NCBI GenBank assembly: GCA_013265495.1
Contig: MU058531.1
Location: 3,596,911 to 3,660,910, forward strand
Direction of reading: 5' to 3'
Length of the DNA stretch: 64,000 bases
Source: Vicugna vicugna
Taxonomy: Eukaryota
The notes below the pieces were generated by a model. That model ran no database searches. It saw only the letters and a program-made list of their open reading frames with translations, and was not told where the DNA came from. Below, in pieces: positions 42,001 through 53,777 of the stretch. Position numbers and translations under genes: made by a program. Each line of letters starts with the position of its first letter. Within the stretch, counting starts at the first letter, position 1.

Positions 42001-43570
42001 CAATATTGAAGAAAAAGAATGAACCTGGAGGAATAACCCTCCCAGACTTCAGACAATACTACAAAGCTACCGTAATCAAAACAGCATGGGCTGGTACAAA
42101 AACAGACATATGGGTCCATGGAACAGAATAGAGAGCCCAGAAATAAACCCACAGACTTTTGGTCAATTAATCTTCAACAGAGGAGGCAAGAATATACAAT
42201 GGAGTAAAGACAGTCTCTTCAGCAAATGGTGTTGGGAAAACTAGACAGCAGTATGTAAATCACTGAACTTAGAACATTCCCTCACACCATACACAAAAAT
42301 AAACTCAAAATGGCTTAAAGAATTAAACATAAGACAAGACACTATAAACCTCTTAGAAGAAAACATAGGCAAAACATTATCTGACATAAACCTTAGCAAT
42401 GTTCTCCTAGGGCAGTCTACCCAGGCAATAGAAATAAAAGCAAAAATAAACTAATGGGACCTAACTAAACCCATAAGCTTTTGTACAGCAAAGGAAACCA
42501 TAAGCAAAACAAAAAGACATCCTATGGATTGGGAGAAAGTATTTGCAAAAGATGAGACTGACAGGGGCTTAATTTCCAGACTATATAAACAGCTCATACA
42601 ACTTAATAATGAAAAAAGAAACAACCCAATCCAAAAATGGGCAGGAGACCTAAACAAGCAATTCTCCAATGAAGACATCCAAATGGCCAGTAGGCACATG
42701 AAAAAAATCTCAATATGACTAATTATCAGAGAAAGCAAATCAAAACTACAATGAGGTATCACCTCACACCAGTCAGAATGGCCATCATTCAAAAGTTCAC
42801 AAACAATAAATGCTGGAGAGGGTGTAGAGAAAAGGGAACCCTCCTATACTGTTGGTGGGAATGTAATTTGGTATAGCCATTATGGAAAACAGTAAAGTGA
42901 TTCCTCAAAAAACTAAAAATAGACTTACCATATGATCCAGCAGTCCCACTCCTGGCCATGTATCCAGAGGGAACTTTAATTCAAATGTTCATAGCAGCAC
43001 TATTTACAATAGCCAAGATATGGAAACAACCTAAATGTTCATCAACAGATGACTAGATAAAAAGGCTGTGGTATATTTATGGAATACTACTCAGCCATAA
43101 AAAAGAATAAAATAATGACATTTGCAGGAACATGGATAGACCTCCAGATTGTCATTCTATGTGAAGTAAACCAGAAAGAGGAAGAAAACTACCATATGAT
43201 ATCACTTATATGTGGAATCTAAAAAAAATGACAAATGAACTTATTTACAAAACAGATATAATAGACTCATAGACATAGTAAAAATTTTTTATGGTTACCA
43301 GAGGGGTAGGAGGCGGGAAGGGATAAATTTGGAACTCGAGATTTGCAAATACTAACTACTATATACAAAATAGATAAACAAGTTTATACTGTATAGCACA
43401 GGGAACTATATTCAATATCTTACAGTAACCTATAATGAAAAAAATATGAAAACAAACATATGTATATATATGTATGACTGAAACATGCTGTACACCAGAA
43501 GTTGACACAACATTGTAAATTGACTATACTTCAATAAAAACTTTTTTTAGTAAAAATTAAAAAAAGAAAC
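39047..43570 (+). mobile_element. LINE-1 with 5'UTR, partial ORF1, decayed ORF2, 3'UTR and poly-A; large internal deletions; non-functional
   Basis: Starts ggagagtgccaagatggc (YY1-type site), GC-rich 5'UTR, ORF1-like SRLDNAEERISDLEDRV, ORF2 fragments with stops and frameshifts, aataaa plus A tail. Confidence 0.93.
41638..41702 (+). mobile_element. Tail-less tRNA-derived SINE head inside L1 ORF2
   Basis: gggtatagctcagtggtagag..ggtcctgggttcaatccc. Confidence 0.88.
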
Positions 43571-43943
43571 TTAACAGAAAAGAATCTGAAAAGAAAGTAT
43601 GTGTACATTTAACTGAATCACTTTGCTGGATGTACATCTGAAACTCACATTGTAAATCAACTACACTTCAATAAAAAATAAAAGAAACAATAATAATAAT
43701 AAATTAAAAAAATTTTTTTAGAAAGGAAAGAAGTTGGAGGCATATTGTTTGGCTCTGTTTTCACTGTGTGAAAAGAAACACATTCCCTCTGTGCTTAAGC
43801 AGTCCAGAGATGCGAGTCCCTTGGCCTTTCTTTCCAAAGTTCTCACTACAGAGAAAAGAGAGGGCTCTTTTCTGGATACAGTGTCATGTGATTGAGGAGC
43901 CTGGTTTAACTTAATATCAATGGCAAGTTCTTTGTTTCCACAG

Positions 43944-44132
43944 GCATCCCGAGAAGACAAAAGAAAAGGCATCTCTTTTGCAAGTGAACTCAAGAAGCTC
44001 ACCAAGTCAACAAAACAGCCCCGAGGACTCACATCACCTTCTCAGGTCTTGGCCTCAGAAAATGTCCAAAACAAGGAGGAGAAACCTGTGAGCAGCTTGT
44101 CCTCTGGTGATGCGATGGACTATCGACAGTGA
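43944..44132 (+). CDS. PLCE1: PLCE1 last coding exon: [62 protein letters not shown]
   Basis: ccacag acceptor; TGA at 44130-44132; exon probably runs to the CCAG|gtatat donor at 44156. Confidence 0.94.
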   Translation, partial: ASREDKRKGISFASELKKLTKSTKQPRGLTSPSQVLASENVQNKEEKPVSSLSSGDAMDYRQ

Positions 44133-45919
44133 GCGAGGGTAGCACGTTTCACCCAGGTATATTGAGTCACTGCACAGCTTGGAAATGGGGGTCAGCTTAC
44201 GCCACTTTATAAGGCATAGTTTGCAGTACCTTTCATCTTTTCCAAGAGGAGGATGTCCCCTGAGGCAGGCAGGAATGGTACCCTCCAGGAAAAGGGCTCT
44301 GAAGATACACATAACTTCAGCACTTCAATTTTAGATCTCCTTATTTTGTAGATGACTAAAGGCCCCAAGAGGGTAACAGACTTGTCCAAACTACAGCTGC
44401 TTTAGTTCATCAGACATAGAACTGTCTTAGTTCCTGGTAACTCATGTTAACATTCTTGAAGGGCTGCTCTGGGTCATTCAGCTTCTACTCCTTTGGATTT
44501 TCAGTTTGATGTTCTAATTTAGGTTTGATTTAGCCTCAGCAACTTCAGCTTCTTCTGCCTCAATTAAAAAGTAAAAATCTGGCATCCAGGATGTGATGAT
44601 TAAAAAGAAAGCAAAATGACATAACAGCCGGCAGTAAATCATGCCTTTGGTAGCCAACTCACTACTTGGTATTCACATACTGAATGAGTTTCATTCTATC
44701 TTAAACAATTTATATGGAACCTGAATTAAAAAAAAAAAAGCATCTGAAGAGAACAAACCATAGATTTCTTTTCACTCACTGAGTTTCTTAATGAACCCAA
44801 GGGAGGATTAAAGCCCACTTTTCACCTGTTTCATCACAGTTTCAAAAATTAAAATTCACAAGAGACCAAAAGCACAGTAAAGTCATTGTTATACTGTGGA
44901 GTTTCATCATCTTGTCTTTATCACAAGCAGATATTTCTTATATAAAATTATGGAAGCTCATAATTAAAGAATTCATGGATGCCTCTTGACAGGCCTAAGT
45001 TTGCTTTATAACAGCCCCAAAGAAGGCCCCATATATTGAGCCCATGTTTCTACTTTTATGGAGCAACTCCTAAAACAATTGGTGCCCCATATGTACTTAC
45101 AAAGAAAGCTCTTTCAACACAGACAAGGCCAAATACAGGACAACACCTCCTTCAGAACATCTGCACATCCAACTATTCAGGTCAAGAAGAGTCAGGGTTG
45201 TTCAGATCCTCTATGCAGACTTACCAGGAAGAGATCTCGGCACTGTGGCAGCAAACCACATCACATAGCATCAGATAATCATGAATATGCACAGAATAGT
45301 GAAGGCCTGGGCTGTTCAGACTCTCAGAAGGCTCAGCACCCATTTTCTGTTGCAGTACATCTGGTGTCCCATTTATAAAGTTCCAGACTCACTTCCATTT
45401 CTGCCCCAGTGTCACTGGGACAGTCAACGCCTTCTCCAAAAGCCAGGTGAGCTTTAGGGCTAAGCACCACATCAAGCCTCTCCAACTTTTGGAAAAATGG
45501 CTCACCACAGTAATGGGTCTGTGAGCATGCCCTAAGGACAGTGATCAAAATTTAAAATACTGTTTTCCATATCAAGAACTTAGTATCAGATAAATCATAG
45601 GTGTGATAATGTTATACACACCTCTGTATTATAACCTCCGTAATAACACAGTGAAACCATACTCTGCACATAAGGAGCCTTTAGAGTGCTAGAAGATTAA
45701 GTACATAAGAATACAACTCTGCTAGCAATTTGACTTAAAAATAATATGCTTGCTACGATGAGCATTACTAATTGCTTATATTTTAGGAGAGTACGGAGAG
45801 TGATGATTTAGATGATTGTCTTTGGATTCAGTTTTCCTACAGCAGCAGACATTCAGAGTTAGACTCGCATCTTTCCTTAAACTTAGGAAAGCTTCTATTT
45901 AAAATAGCCACTGAGGAAT

Positions 45920-46232
45920 CAAAAAAAAAAGAGAGAGAGAGACACAATCTTATTTACCAACAGAGACAGACTCACAGACACAGAAAACAAACTTATGGTT
46001 TCCAGTGGGGAAAGACGGTGGGGGAGGGATGAATTGGGAGTTAGGGATTTGCAGATACTAACTACTATATTTAAACAAGGTCTGACAGTATAGCACAGGG
46101 AACTATATTTAGTACCTTGTAATAGCTTATAATAATAAAGAATATGAAAAGGAATATATATACACACACACACACACACTTATCACTATGCTGAACATCA
46201 GTAATTAATACATTGTTAATCAACTATATTTC
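45920..46232 (+). mobile_element. L1 3'-UTR fragment containing a (CA)n run
   Basis: aacttatggtt.ccag..gatttgcagatactaactactata..tagcacagggaactatat; similar to 43250-43530. Confidence 0.8.
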
Positions 46233-47100
46233 ATAGCCACTGATAAAATAATAAAAATAGCCATTACTGCATCTAAGGGAATATACATCCCATGTTATTA
46301 ACTTCACAAAGGGTGTTTCCAAAAAAGAGCACTGTGAATACAAAGGGCCTTTCTGTATATGCTCATAAGAAAACAAGTTTAGTATTTTTATTACTTTCTG
46401 AGTGACGTTAGTAGTTCATATTATCTACTCTGAAATATTCGCCTCTAAAGTTTGAAGAGTTACCCCCTAATAATAATCTAGGAATTTCTAAACAAGAAAT
46501 TATTTACCTATTAGCTGAAGTAATACACGTAACTAGTTGAAAGAGTTCCACTTTTTTGTTTTTAAAGTTGAACAGTTTAATTGTGGTTAAAAAAAAAACT
46601 TTTCTAAAGAACATGGTGTTCTGGGACCAAAATAGCCTTATGTTCCACCTCCCAGGAACATTGCATTATAACACTGGATTTATAGGAACTAGTCTCTCCC
46701 CAAAACCTGGCCGCCAGGGTTGTGGGTTTCTGTTGGCTAAACAACACGAAACCTTTGCTACACTGTGACTGTTTCTGCTCCTTCACTTTAAGTAGACTAA
46801 CAAGCCTATGTGTACAACCTTACAGGTGAAGCTCTTTCAGCAAGAAGTTAAAGTCAGGAACGAACATGGTGGAAACAAATTAATCTTCTTTTTTTTTTTC
46901 ACTAGACTTAAAACTGGAAATTGACTTCTGAACTTTCTGACGCCTTCTTCACACGTGACGTGAGGTCCACCTTGAGGTCAAGCAGAATGGCACAGGGCTG
47001 CCAACCAGTCTCCTGAGGAGTGACACAGGGAGGCCCAGCCTGGTTACCCACGCCAACAGCTGGAAAAACCATTGCTAAGCTTGCAATAATTGACTTAGAA

Positions 47101-47367
47101 CAAAGGTCAGCAAACGTAGTAAAGGGCTATACAGTAAACATTCTAGGCTTTATGGCTACACAGTCTCTTGCAGCTACTTGGCTCAGCTGCTTCAGAGCAG
47201 AAGCGCCGCAGGTCACACACACGTGACTGAGCGGGGCTGTGCTCTAATAAAGCTATTTAGACACTGAAAGTGGAATTTCATAGTTTTCACGTCATAGTCC
47301 TTTTTTTCCCCACACAAAAACAGGTGGTAAGCTGGATTTGGCCCAAGGGCCCTAGTTTGCTGACCTG
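47101..47367 (+). mobile_element. MER58-like hAT MITE with TIRs and an 8-bp target duplication
   Basis: Inverted ends aggtcagcaaac / gtttgctgacct; acttagaa on both flanks (47093-47100 and 47368-47375). Confidence 0.85.
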
Positions 47368-48208
47368 ACTTAGAAGTTTTCTAACTGGGAAAAGAGGCAC
47401 AGAGATCTGAAAACAAGCAAGCTAGTTCAGTCATACTTTTCATGGCTGGGAGTTGGAAGCTTTGGGGCATTGCAAATGTAAATATGTCCTGTAAGATTCA
47501 TTAAAAAGTAATTCAGTTTAGTTTCTATGTTGTGTACCATAGTGTACTTTTCTGTAGGATTTTTTTACATGTAGAATGATGCTGGGTTTTTTTAAGTTTA
47601 TTCCCTCCCTATATAGTCACAGACTGTCCCACTTTGGGTTTCCACAAAGTGAATTTAGAATAATGTGTAATTTAATACCTACTGAGTTGTGTCATCTTAA
47701 AAAGAAACTTAGCCATATTTTTAAAGCAAAAGTAGATTGAGTTGGTGTTTATTTATTTTGCAAGGTTTGTACTGACACTGTACTTGTGTATTTATTATTC
47801 ATAGCTTTCTTGATATTGCCTATGGATTAGAAGCATCAGTGGCTCTATCTCACTATTTGAAGACAAATCTCCTAAAAAGTAAATGTACGCTCTAAACAGC
47901 TGAAATAGGCCAGAATTTCCTGTAAACAAGCTTCACTTTCATTACAGTGAAGAGCTATTGCTCCAAGTCAAACTTGCCATTTAATGTAAATTAATTTAAA
48001 AGCCTTGCTGTATAAAACTATCATGTAAGTGTAAAGGATTCTTCCTATTCTTGGTATGAGACAAATTATGACTTAAAATGAAATGTGTGTTCCTCTAAAG
48101 TAAAATCCAAATGTTATCTATTAACATTAAAATTTAAGACATTTTTCTTCAAATTATAAAACACACCAAAAATCCTAACCTTTGCTTGAGTTTTTCACCA
48201 TAAAAATG

Positions 48209-48214
48209 AATAAA
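48209..48214 (+). terminator. Candidate PLCE1 polyadenylation signal AATAAA
   Basis: Canonical hexamer at the end of the AT-rich UTR-like block; cleavage site not verifiable from sequence alone. Confidence 0.45.
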
Positions 48215-49532
48215 GCAATTGCCAAGGTCTTTGCATACTCTAAGAGAAATGTTAAAAACACATGACATAGCTTTCATGTTGTTGGAAGTTCTTACTGACT
48301 CAAAGCCTTAATGCTAGAAGAACTACCATTTGCTTGTCAACACAATTCAGGATATTCCAGTTTGATGTCATTTGTATAGTGCTCCATGTTCCTTTTTAAA
48401 TCAACAAATGCAACAACAAATGCACAATGCTGCCTCATTTTTAAAAATATTCTAGAAACACTTAAGGGAAGCTTCTCAAAGCTAACAGGCATTTTTTCCT
48501 CTGGTTGGGCTTACCATATAATAAAAACTAAGTTACTGGTCTAACTGGCTAGAGTCAAGATGAGAACTGTGCAGAGTAACCAGATGGAAAGCATGACTGG
48601 TCTCACTAAGTTTATCACTTGGCCTTGACTCTAAGATCTGCCCCACCCCATCCCACCCCATGGCCCTTACCACAGTTGATTCTGCTATAGCACAAAATCT
48701 GAAACTTAAGGTACCTTAAGACTGAATAGGAGACGAGGTTTTAGCAGGTGAGTAAAGCCGGTCTACTGCCCAGGTTGCAATCTACCTGGCTGTTCATTCC
48801 ACTGTGAGGGGAAAGCACATCCTCTATTGTATTTGCGTCTTTAGGATTTTAGGAAGGACACATTGCTCTAAGTGTAAAGGGTTTACTCTACTATTACAAA
48901 TAACCAGCACAATCTGGTGTTTGCCAAAAGTAGGAAATTTTGATTTAGAGCTCTGAACTATACAGCTATGTTAGTACAGCAAATGAAAGAAATGATCCTG
49001 TTGTTTAGACTGTATCTAAAACAGCCACCCAGACCATACACACTACCACCTCATGTTTCAGACTACTAAACACCTAGGTAGCAAACTTTCATCAGTAAAG
49101 TTGATGTGGAAAAAAAAAATCTAAATATGCAAGCTGCACTTATTACAAGATTTTGAGGAAAAACATTTTAAGACGCTTCACTAAAAACAAAAAGGAATGT
49201 GAATTCTGTCACTGTTAGGTGGTGCCAACTTTTAAGATGGTATCTGGCAAAGGAGGATTACAATAAGAATCCAGTGTGATATGTGACACTAGAAAAAACA
49301 GATTAACTTCCTCTCAGTCACCTCAACTGGAATTGGTTGTTTTGCAAACTAATACAAGACTATATAAGGGTGTGAAGGAATCAAGGATGAGTCTGAAGAT
49401 AAATCTGTAGGAAGTAACAATATTATTTGGGCAGGAAGTGCCTTCTTGAGGGAACGCCTCTTTTCATGTCATGCTTAGCAAGGAAGTTATTTATAAATTC
49501 TTGAGTTAGGGGAAATATGGAGTCCAGACTCA

Positions 49533-51010
49533 AGCAAAAGTCCAGGACTAGATGGCTTCACAGGTGAATTCTACCAAACATTTAGAGAAGAGTTAACACC
49601 TACTCTTCTGAAACTGTTCCAAAAAACTGCAGAGGAAGGAACACTTCTAAACTCACTCTATGAGCCCATCATCACCCTGACACTAAAACCAGATAAAGAT
49701 ATCACAAAAAAAGAAAATTACAGGCCAATATCACTAATGAATATAGATGCAAAAATTCTCAACAAAATATTAGCAAATCAACTCCAATGATGTACTAAAA
49801 GAATCATACACCATGATCAAGTGAGATTTATCTCAGAGATGCAAGGATTTTTCAGTATCTGCAAATCAATCAATGTGATACACCACATTAACAAATAGAA
49901 GAATAAAAACCATCTGATAATCTCAATAGACAGAGAAAAAGCTTTTGATAAAATTCAACATCCATTTATGATGAAAACTCTCCAGAAAGTGGGCAAAGAC
50001 AGAACATACCTCAACATAATAAAGTCCATAATATGACAAACCCACAGCTAACATGATACTTAATGGTGAAAAGCTAAAAGCATTTCCTCTAAGATCAGGA
50101 ACAAGACAAGGATGCCCACTCTCACCACTTTTACTCAACATAGTTTTGGAAGTCCTAGTCATAGCAATCAAAGAAGAAAAAGAAATAAAGGGAATCCAAA
50201 TTGGAAAAGAAGAAGTAAAACTGTCACTGTTTGCAGATGATATGATACTATACATAGAAAACCCTAAAGAAGCAACCAGAAAACTAGTGCTTATCAGTGA
50301 ATTTGGTAAAGTCTCAGGATACAAAATTAATGTACAGAAATCAGTTGCATTTCTATACACTCACAACAAAATAGCAGAAAAAGAAATTAAGGAAACAATA
50401 CCATTTACCAATGCACCAAAAAGAATAAAATAGCTAGGGATAAACCCAAGGAAGCAAAGGACATGTACTCCAAAAACTTACATAAGACACCGATGAAAGA
50501 AACTGAAGAGGACATAAACTGATGGGAAGATACACCATGTTCTTGAATTGGAAGAATCAATATTGTTAAAATGGACATACTACCCAAGGGAAATACAGAT
50601 TCAATGCAATCCCAATCAAGTTACCAGTGACACTTTTCACAGAGCTGGAACAAAAAATGTTAAAACTCTGTATGAAAACACACAAAAGACCCTGGATAGC
50701 CAAAACATTCTTGAAGAAGGAGAATGGAGATAGGGGAATCATGATCCCTGACTTCATACTATACTACAAAGCTACAGTAATCAAAAACAGTAATGGTACT
50801 GGAACAAAAACAGACAAATAGATCCAAGGAACAGGACAGAAAGTACAGAAAAATACCCATGCACTTATGGTCAATCTACAACAAGGTAGGCAAGAATATA
50901 CAATGGAGTCAAAAGACAGAGTCTTCAATAAGTGGTGCAGGGAAAACTGGACAGCCACCTGTAGAAGACTGAAATTGAACATACTCTTAACACTATATAC
51001 AAAAATAAAT
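49533..51010 (+). mobile_element. LINE-1 ORF2 fragment (RT region), decayed and truncated at both ends, intergenic
   Basis: [12 protein letters not shown] and [10 protein letters not shown] reverse transcriptase motifs (ORF 50053-50433); multiple frameshifts. Confidence 0.95.
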
Positions 51011-52087
51011 CATGAATAAATTATTAGCTCAAACCAAAAAACTAACCTTAGAAAACACTTTTCCAAACCACATATAATATGCTAAATGATTAACATGCAC
51101 TATATAAAGCTGATATTCTCTACTTTCTGGAATGATAAAGGAACTTTCTATTTTCATTTACTTCACAAGAAAAAACTTCAAGCTCTCAACCAAAAGAATA
51201 GGCTACTATAGCTCTGAAGAAATAAGAGATCTATTCAGTTGGACTGCTGTGCATTTTTTTAAGATTCTCAGGTCACAAGAATAAGAAAAAGAAAAAAGCC
51301 ACTGTGTTATCAACTATTTACAGAAGAGAATATTTATAACCTGGTCATTAGAACTCTTATTTCATAGGTCATTCCTAAAACATGGCAACAGCTATTACAC
51401 AAAATACTGCTTTTTAATTATATTCATAATAGGCATTTCATCCATACAAAAAAAAAATAAAATAAAAGCCCTACACTGGGTACCCTTTATCCTTAAAACG
51501 GAATGGTTAAGGTCTCAGACTTGGTTTTTCTACCAGGGAGCAATTCTTCCCCCGTCACCCTCCAGAGAGTGTCAGAAAATGCGAAGAGCTTTGAAGAGAC
51601 TAGAATCCCATTCAAACTTTCTTTGAAAGTAGCCATGATGAACACTCTCTTTTTCAAACAGGCCAAATTATGTTACTTCTAGTAAATCATCCAGTAAGAG
51701 CCAATGAACCTGGCTTCCAATTTCAAGCTATTTTTTTCTTTTCTCAGAAATCTTCATAAAAATATATGCATTCAAATTTAGAACATTTCTCACTTCCATC
51801 ATGGTGTTGCAATAAAAATAGATTTATCTGCTTATAAAGAGTATTTGGTAATAAAAAGTAACTGAATGGTAAAAAGCCATCTCAGGGTCTGGATTTTCCT
51901 GTGCACATTTTCAGAATTGGTGCAGAACCCAGTGCCATGCAAAGGGTAATTCTTCCTCCTCTGTTCATTTTCTTGGGAAGTTTCCCTTGTATAAAAGGAG
52001 AAGGTCCCAAATTAACAATCTATCTTTATGTGCATCTGCATACGCACACAAATATACAAGAAAGTCCAATGATTCTTCATTTTTCTA

Positions 52088-52216
52088 CTACCGTAGTGAT
52101 GTTTCCAAATATTTGGTGAAATCCAGAGGCAACTGAGTAGAAACTTCATTGCAATGTCTTTTGACTAGTTGATTTAAATCTTCATGCAAAAATGAATCCC
52201 CCTGTAAAACTTTATC
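52088..52216 (-). CDS. NOC3L: NOC3L last coding exon: [42 protein letters not shown]
   Basis: ttttttag acceptor on -, 129 nt including TAG, followed by a second in-frame TAG; resembles the mammalian NOC3L C-terminus. Confidence 0.92.
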   Translation of the reverse strand, partial: DKVLQGDSFLHEDLNQLVKRHCNEVSTQLPLDFTKYLETSLR

Positions 52217-52566
52217 CTAAAAAAATATTAAAAGTATGAGTTAAAAGTTCTTATGCCATAAGCAAAAGCCAAGCTGTGAGCAAAGCTAAAAATGGCAACA
52301 ACTGACACCAAACCAATGCATGAAACTTAACAATGACAGGTGCTGGGTCAAGTCTTGGACATATGGGCCATGTCTTACTTTGAATAAAACTGTCTCATGA
52401 CTGCCTCTACAGGATTCCAACCCCAGAGATCCATCCTACCATCAGCTGCTAAATATGAAAAAATCTACCTAGAAAGTAAGTAAGCAAGTTGAAATAAGTT
52501 ATTGAGAGACATACTAATTTAGTTTTTATTTTATCTTTTAAAAATATAATGAAAAGTATTACATAC

Positions 52567-52651
52567 CTTCTTTTTGGAGTTTGAAGATTCAACAGGAGGA
52601 TTGAATGTCATTGCTGCCATGCTATAAGCCTCAAAAAGTTCTGCAGCAGAT
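52567..52651 (-). CDS. NOC3L: NOC3L coding exon: (R)[28 protein letters not shown]
   Basis: tatag acceptor, AAG|gtatgt donor, 85 nt, phase 2-0. Confidence 0.93.
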
Positions 52652-52825
52652 CTATAATCACAAATATCAGAAACGTAAAGATACCATCATATCTGTGTAA
52701 TTCGAAAATAGATTGTACCCAAATGTTTATTATTCTAAATCCATATATTATTCTAAACCCATATATTAAAGTATAACATAATCCTGCTTTTGTTTTTTTT
52801 CTCCTTAAAATGTTCTTTGTCCCAG

Positions 52826-53777
52826 GTTTTTTATCTTCTAGTTTTATTGAGATATGATTGACATAGAGCACTGCGTAAGTTTAAGGTGTACATGATTTGA
52901 CTCACATCATGAAGTGATTATCAGTAAAGTTTAGTGATTAACTATGATCTCATATAGATAGAAAGCTAAATAGAAAAAAAAATTTTCCTTATGAGACTCT
53001 TAAGATTTACTCTCATAACAATGTTCATATATGACACACAGCAGTGTTAACTGTATTTATCATGTTGTACATTTCATCCCTAGTACTCATTTATGTTGTA
53101 ATTGGAGGTTTGTAGCTTTTAACTGCCTTCATCCAATTCCCTCTCCTGTTAACCAGAAATCTGATCACTTTTTCTTTGAGTTTGTTTGCTTTTGAAGTAT
53201 AATTTACCTACAACACTACATTAGTTCCAGCTACACAACATAGTGTTTCGATATTTCTATACTTTTCAAAATGATCACCACTGTTAAGTCTAGTTACTAT
53301 CCGTCATCAAATATGTTACATAACTATTTAATGTATTCCCCACACTGTTCCTTTCATACTTGTGGCTCATTTATTTTGTAACTGAAAGTTTGTACCTCCT
53401 AATCGCCCTCATCTACTTCTCTCCTTCCCCCATACCCCTCCCCTTTGGCAACCACTACATGTTCTCTGTATCTATGTCTGTTTCTGATTTCTTGTTTGTT
53501 CTTTGTTTTGGTTTTTAGAGTGAAATCATACAGTATTTGTCTTTCTCTTTCTCACGCAGCATAATACCCTCTAGGTCTATGCTGTTGCAAATGGCAAGAT
53601 TTAAGTCTTTTTTATGGCTGAGTATAGTCCATTGTGTGTATGTATGTGTGTTTTCTTTATCCACTCATCTGTTGATGGGCACTTAGGCTGCTCCATAGCT
53701 TGGCTATTGTAAATAATGTTGCAATGAACATAGGGATGCATGTATCTTTTCTAATTAGTGTTCTTGTTTTCTTTGGA
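52826..53777 (-). mobile_element. Old L1 3' end, on the - strand
   Basis: ttttattgagatatga..ggcaaccact..gttgcaaatggcaagatt..tttatggctgagta..ccatagcttggctattgtaaataatg. Confidence 0.85.

Larger units (their letters stand above)
46826..48235 (+). other. PLCE1: Probable non-coding terminal exon (3'UTR) of PLCE1; 3' end approximate
   Basis: ccttacag|GTGAAG acceptor; AT-rich UTR-like sequence; AATAAA at 47246 and 48209, ATTAAA at 48126; agrees with my recollection of the human PLCE1 exon layout. Confidence 0.65.

Noticed and set aside
50053..50433. Reverse transcriptase ORF as a novel RT, retron or DGR-like system
   Set aside because: Ordinary LINE-1 ORF2 fragment surrounded by frameshifted L1 sequence.
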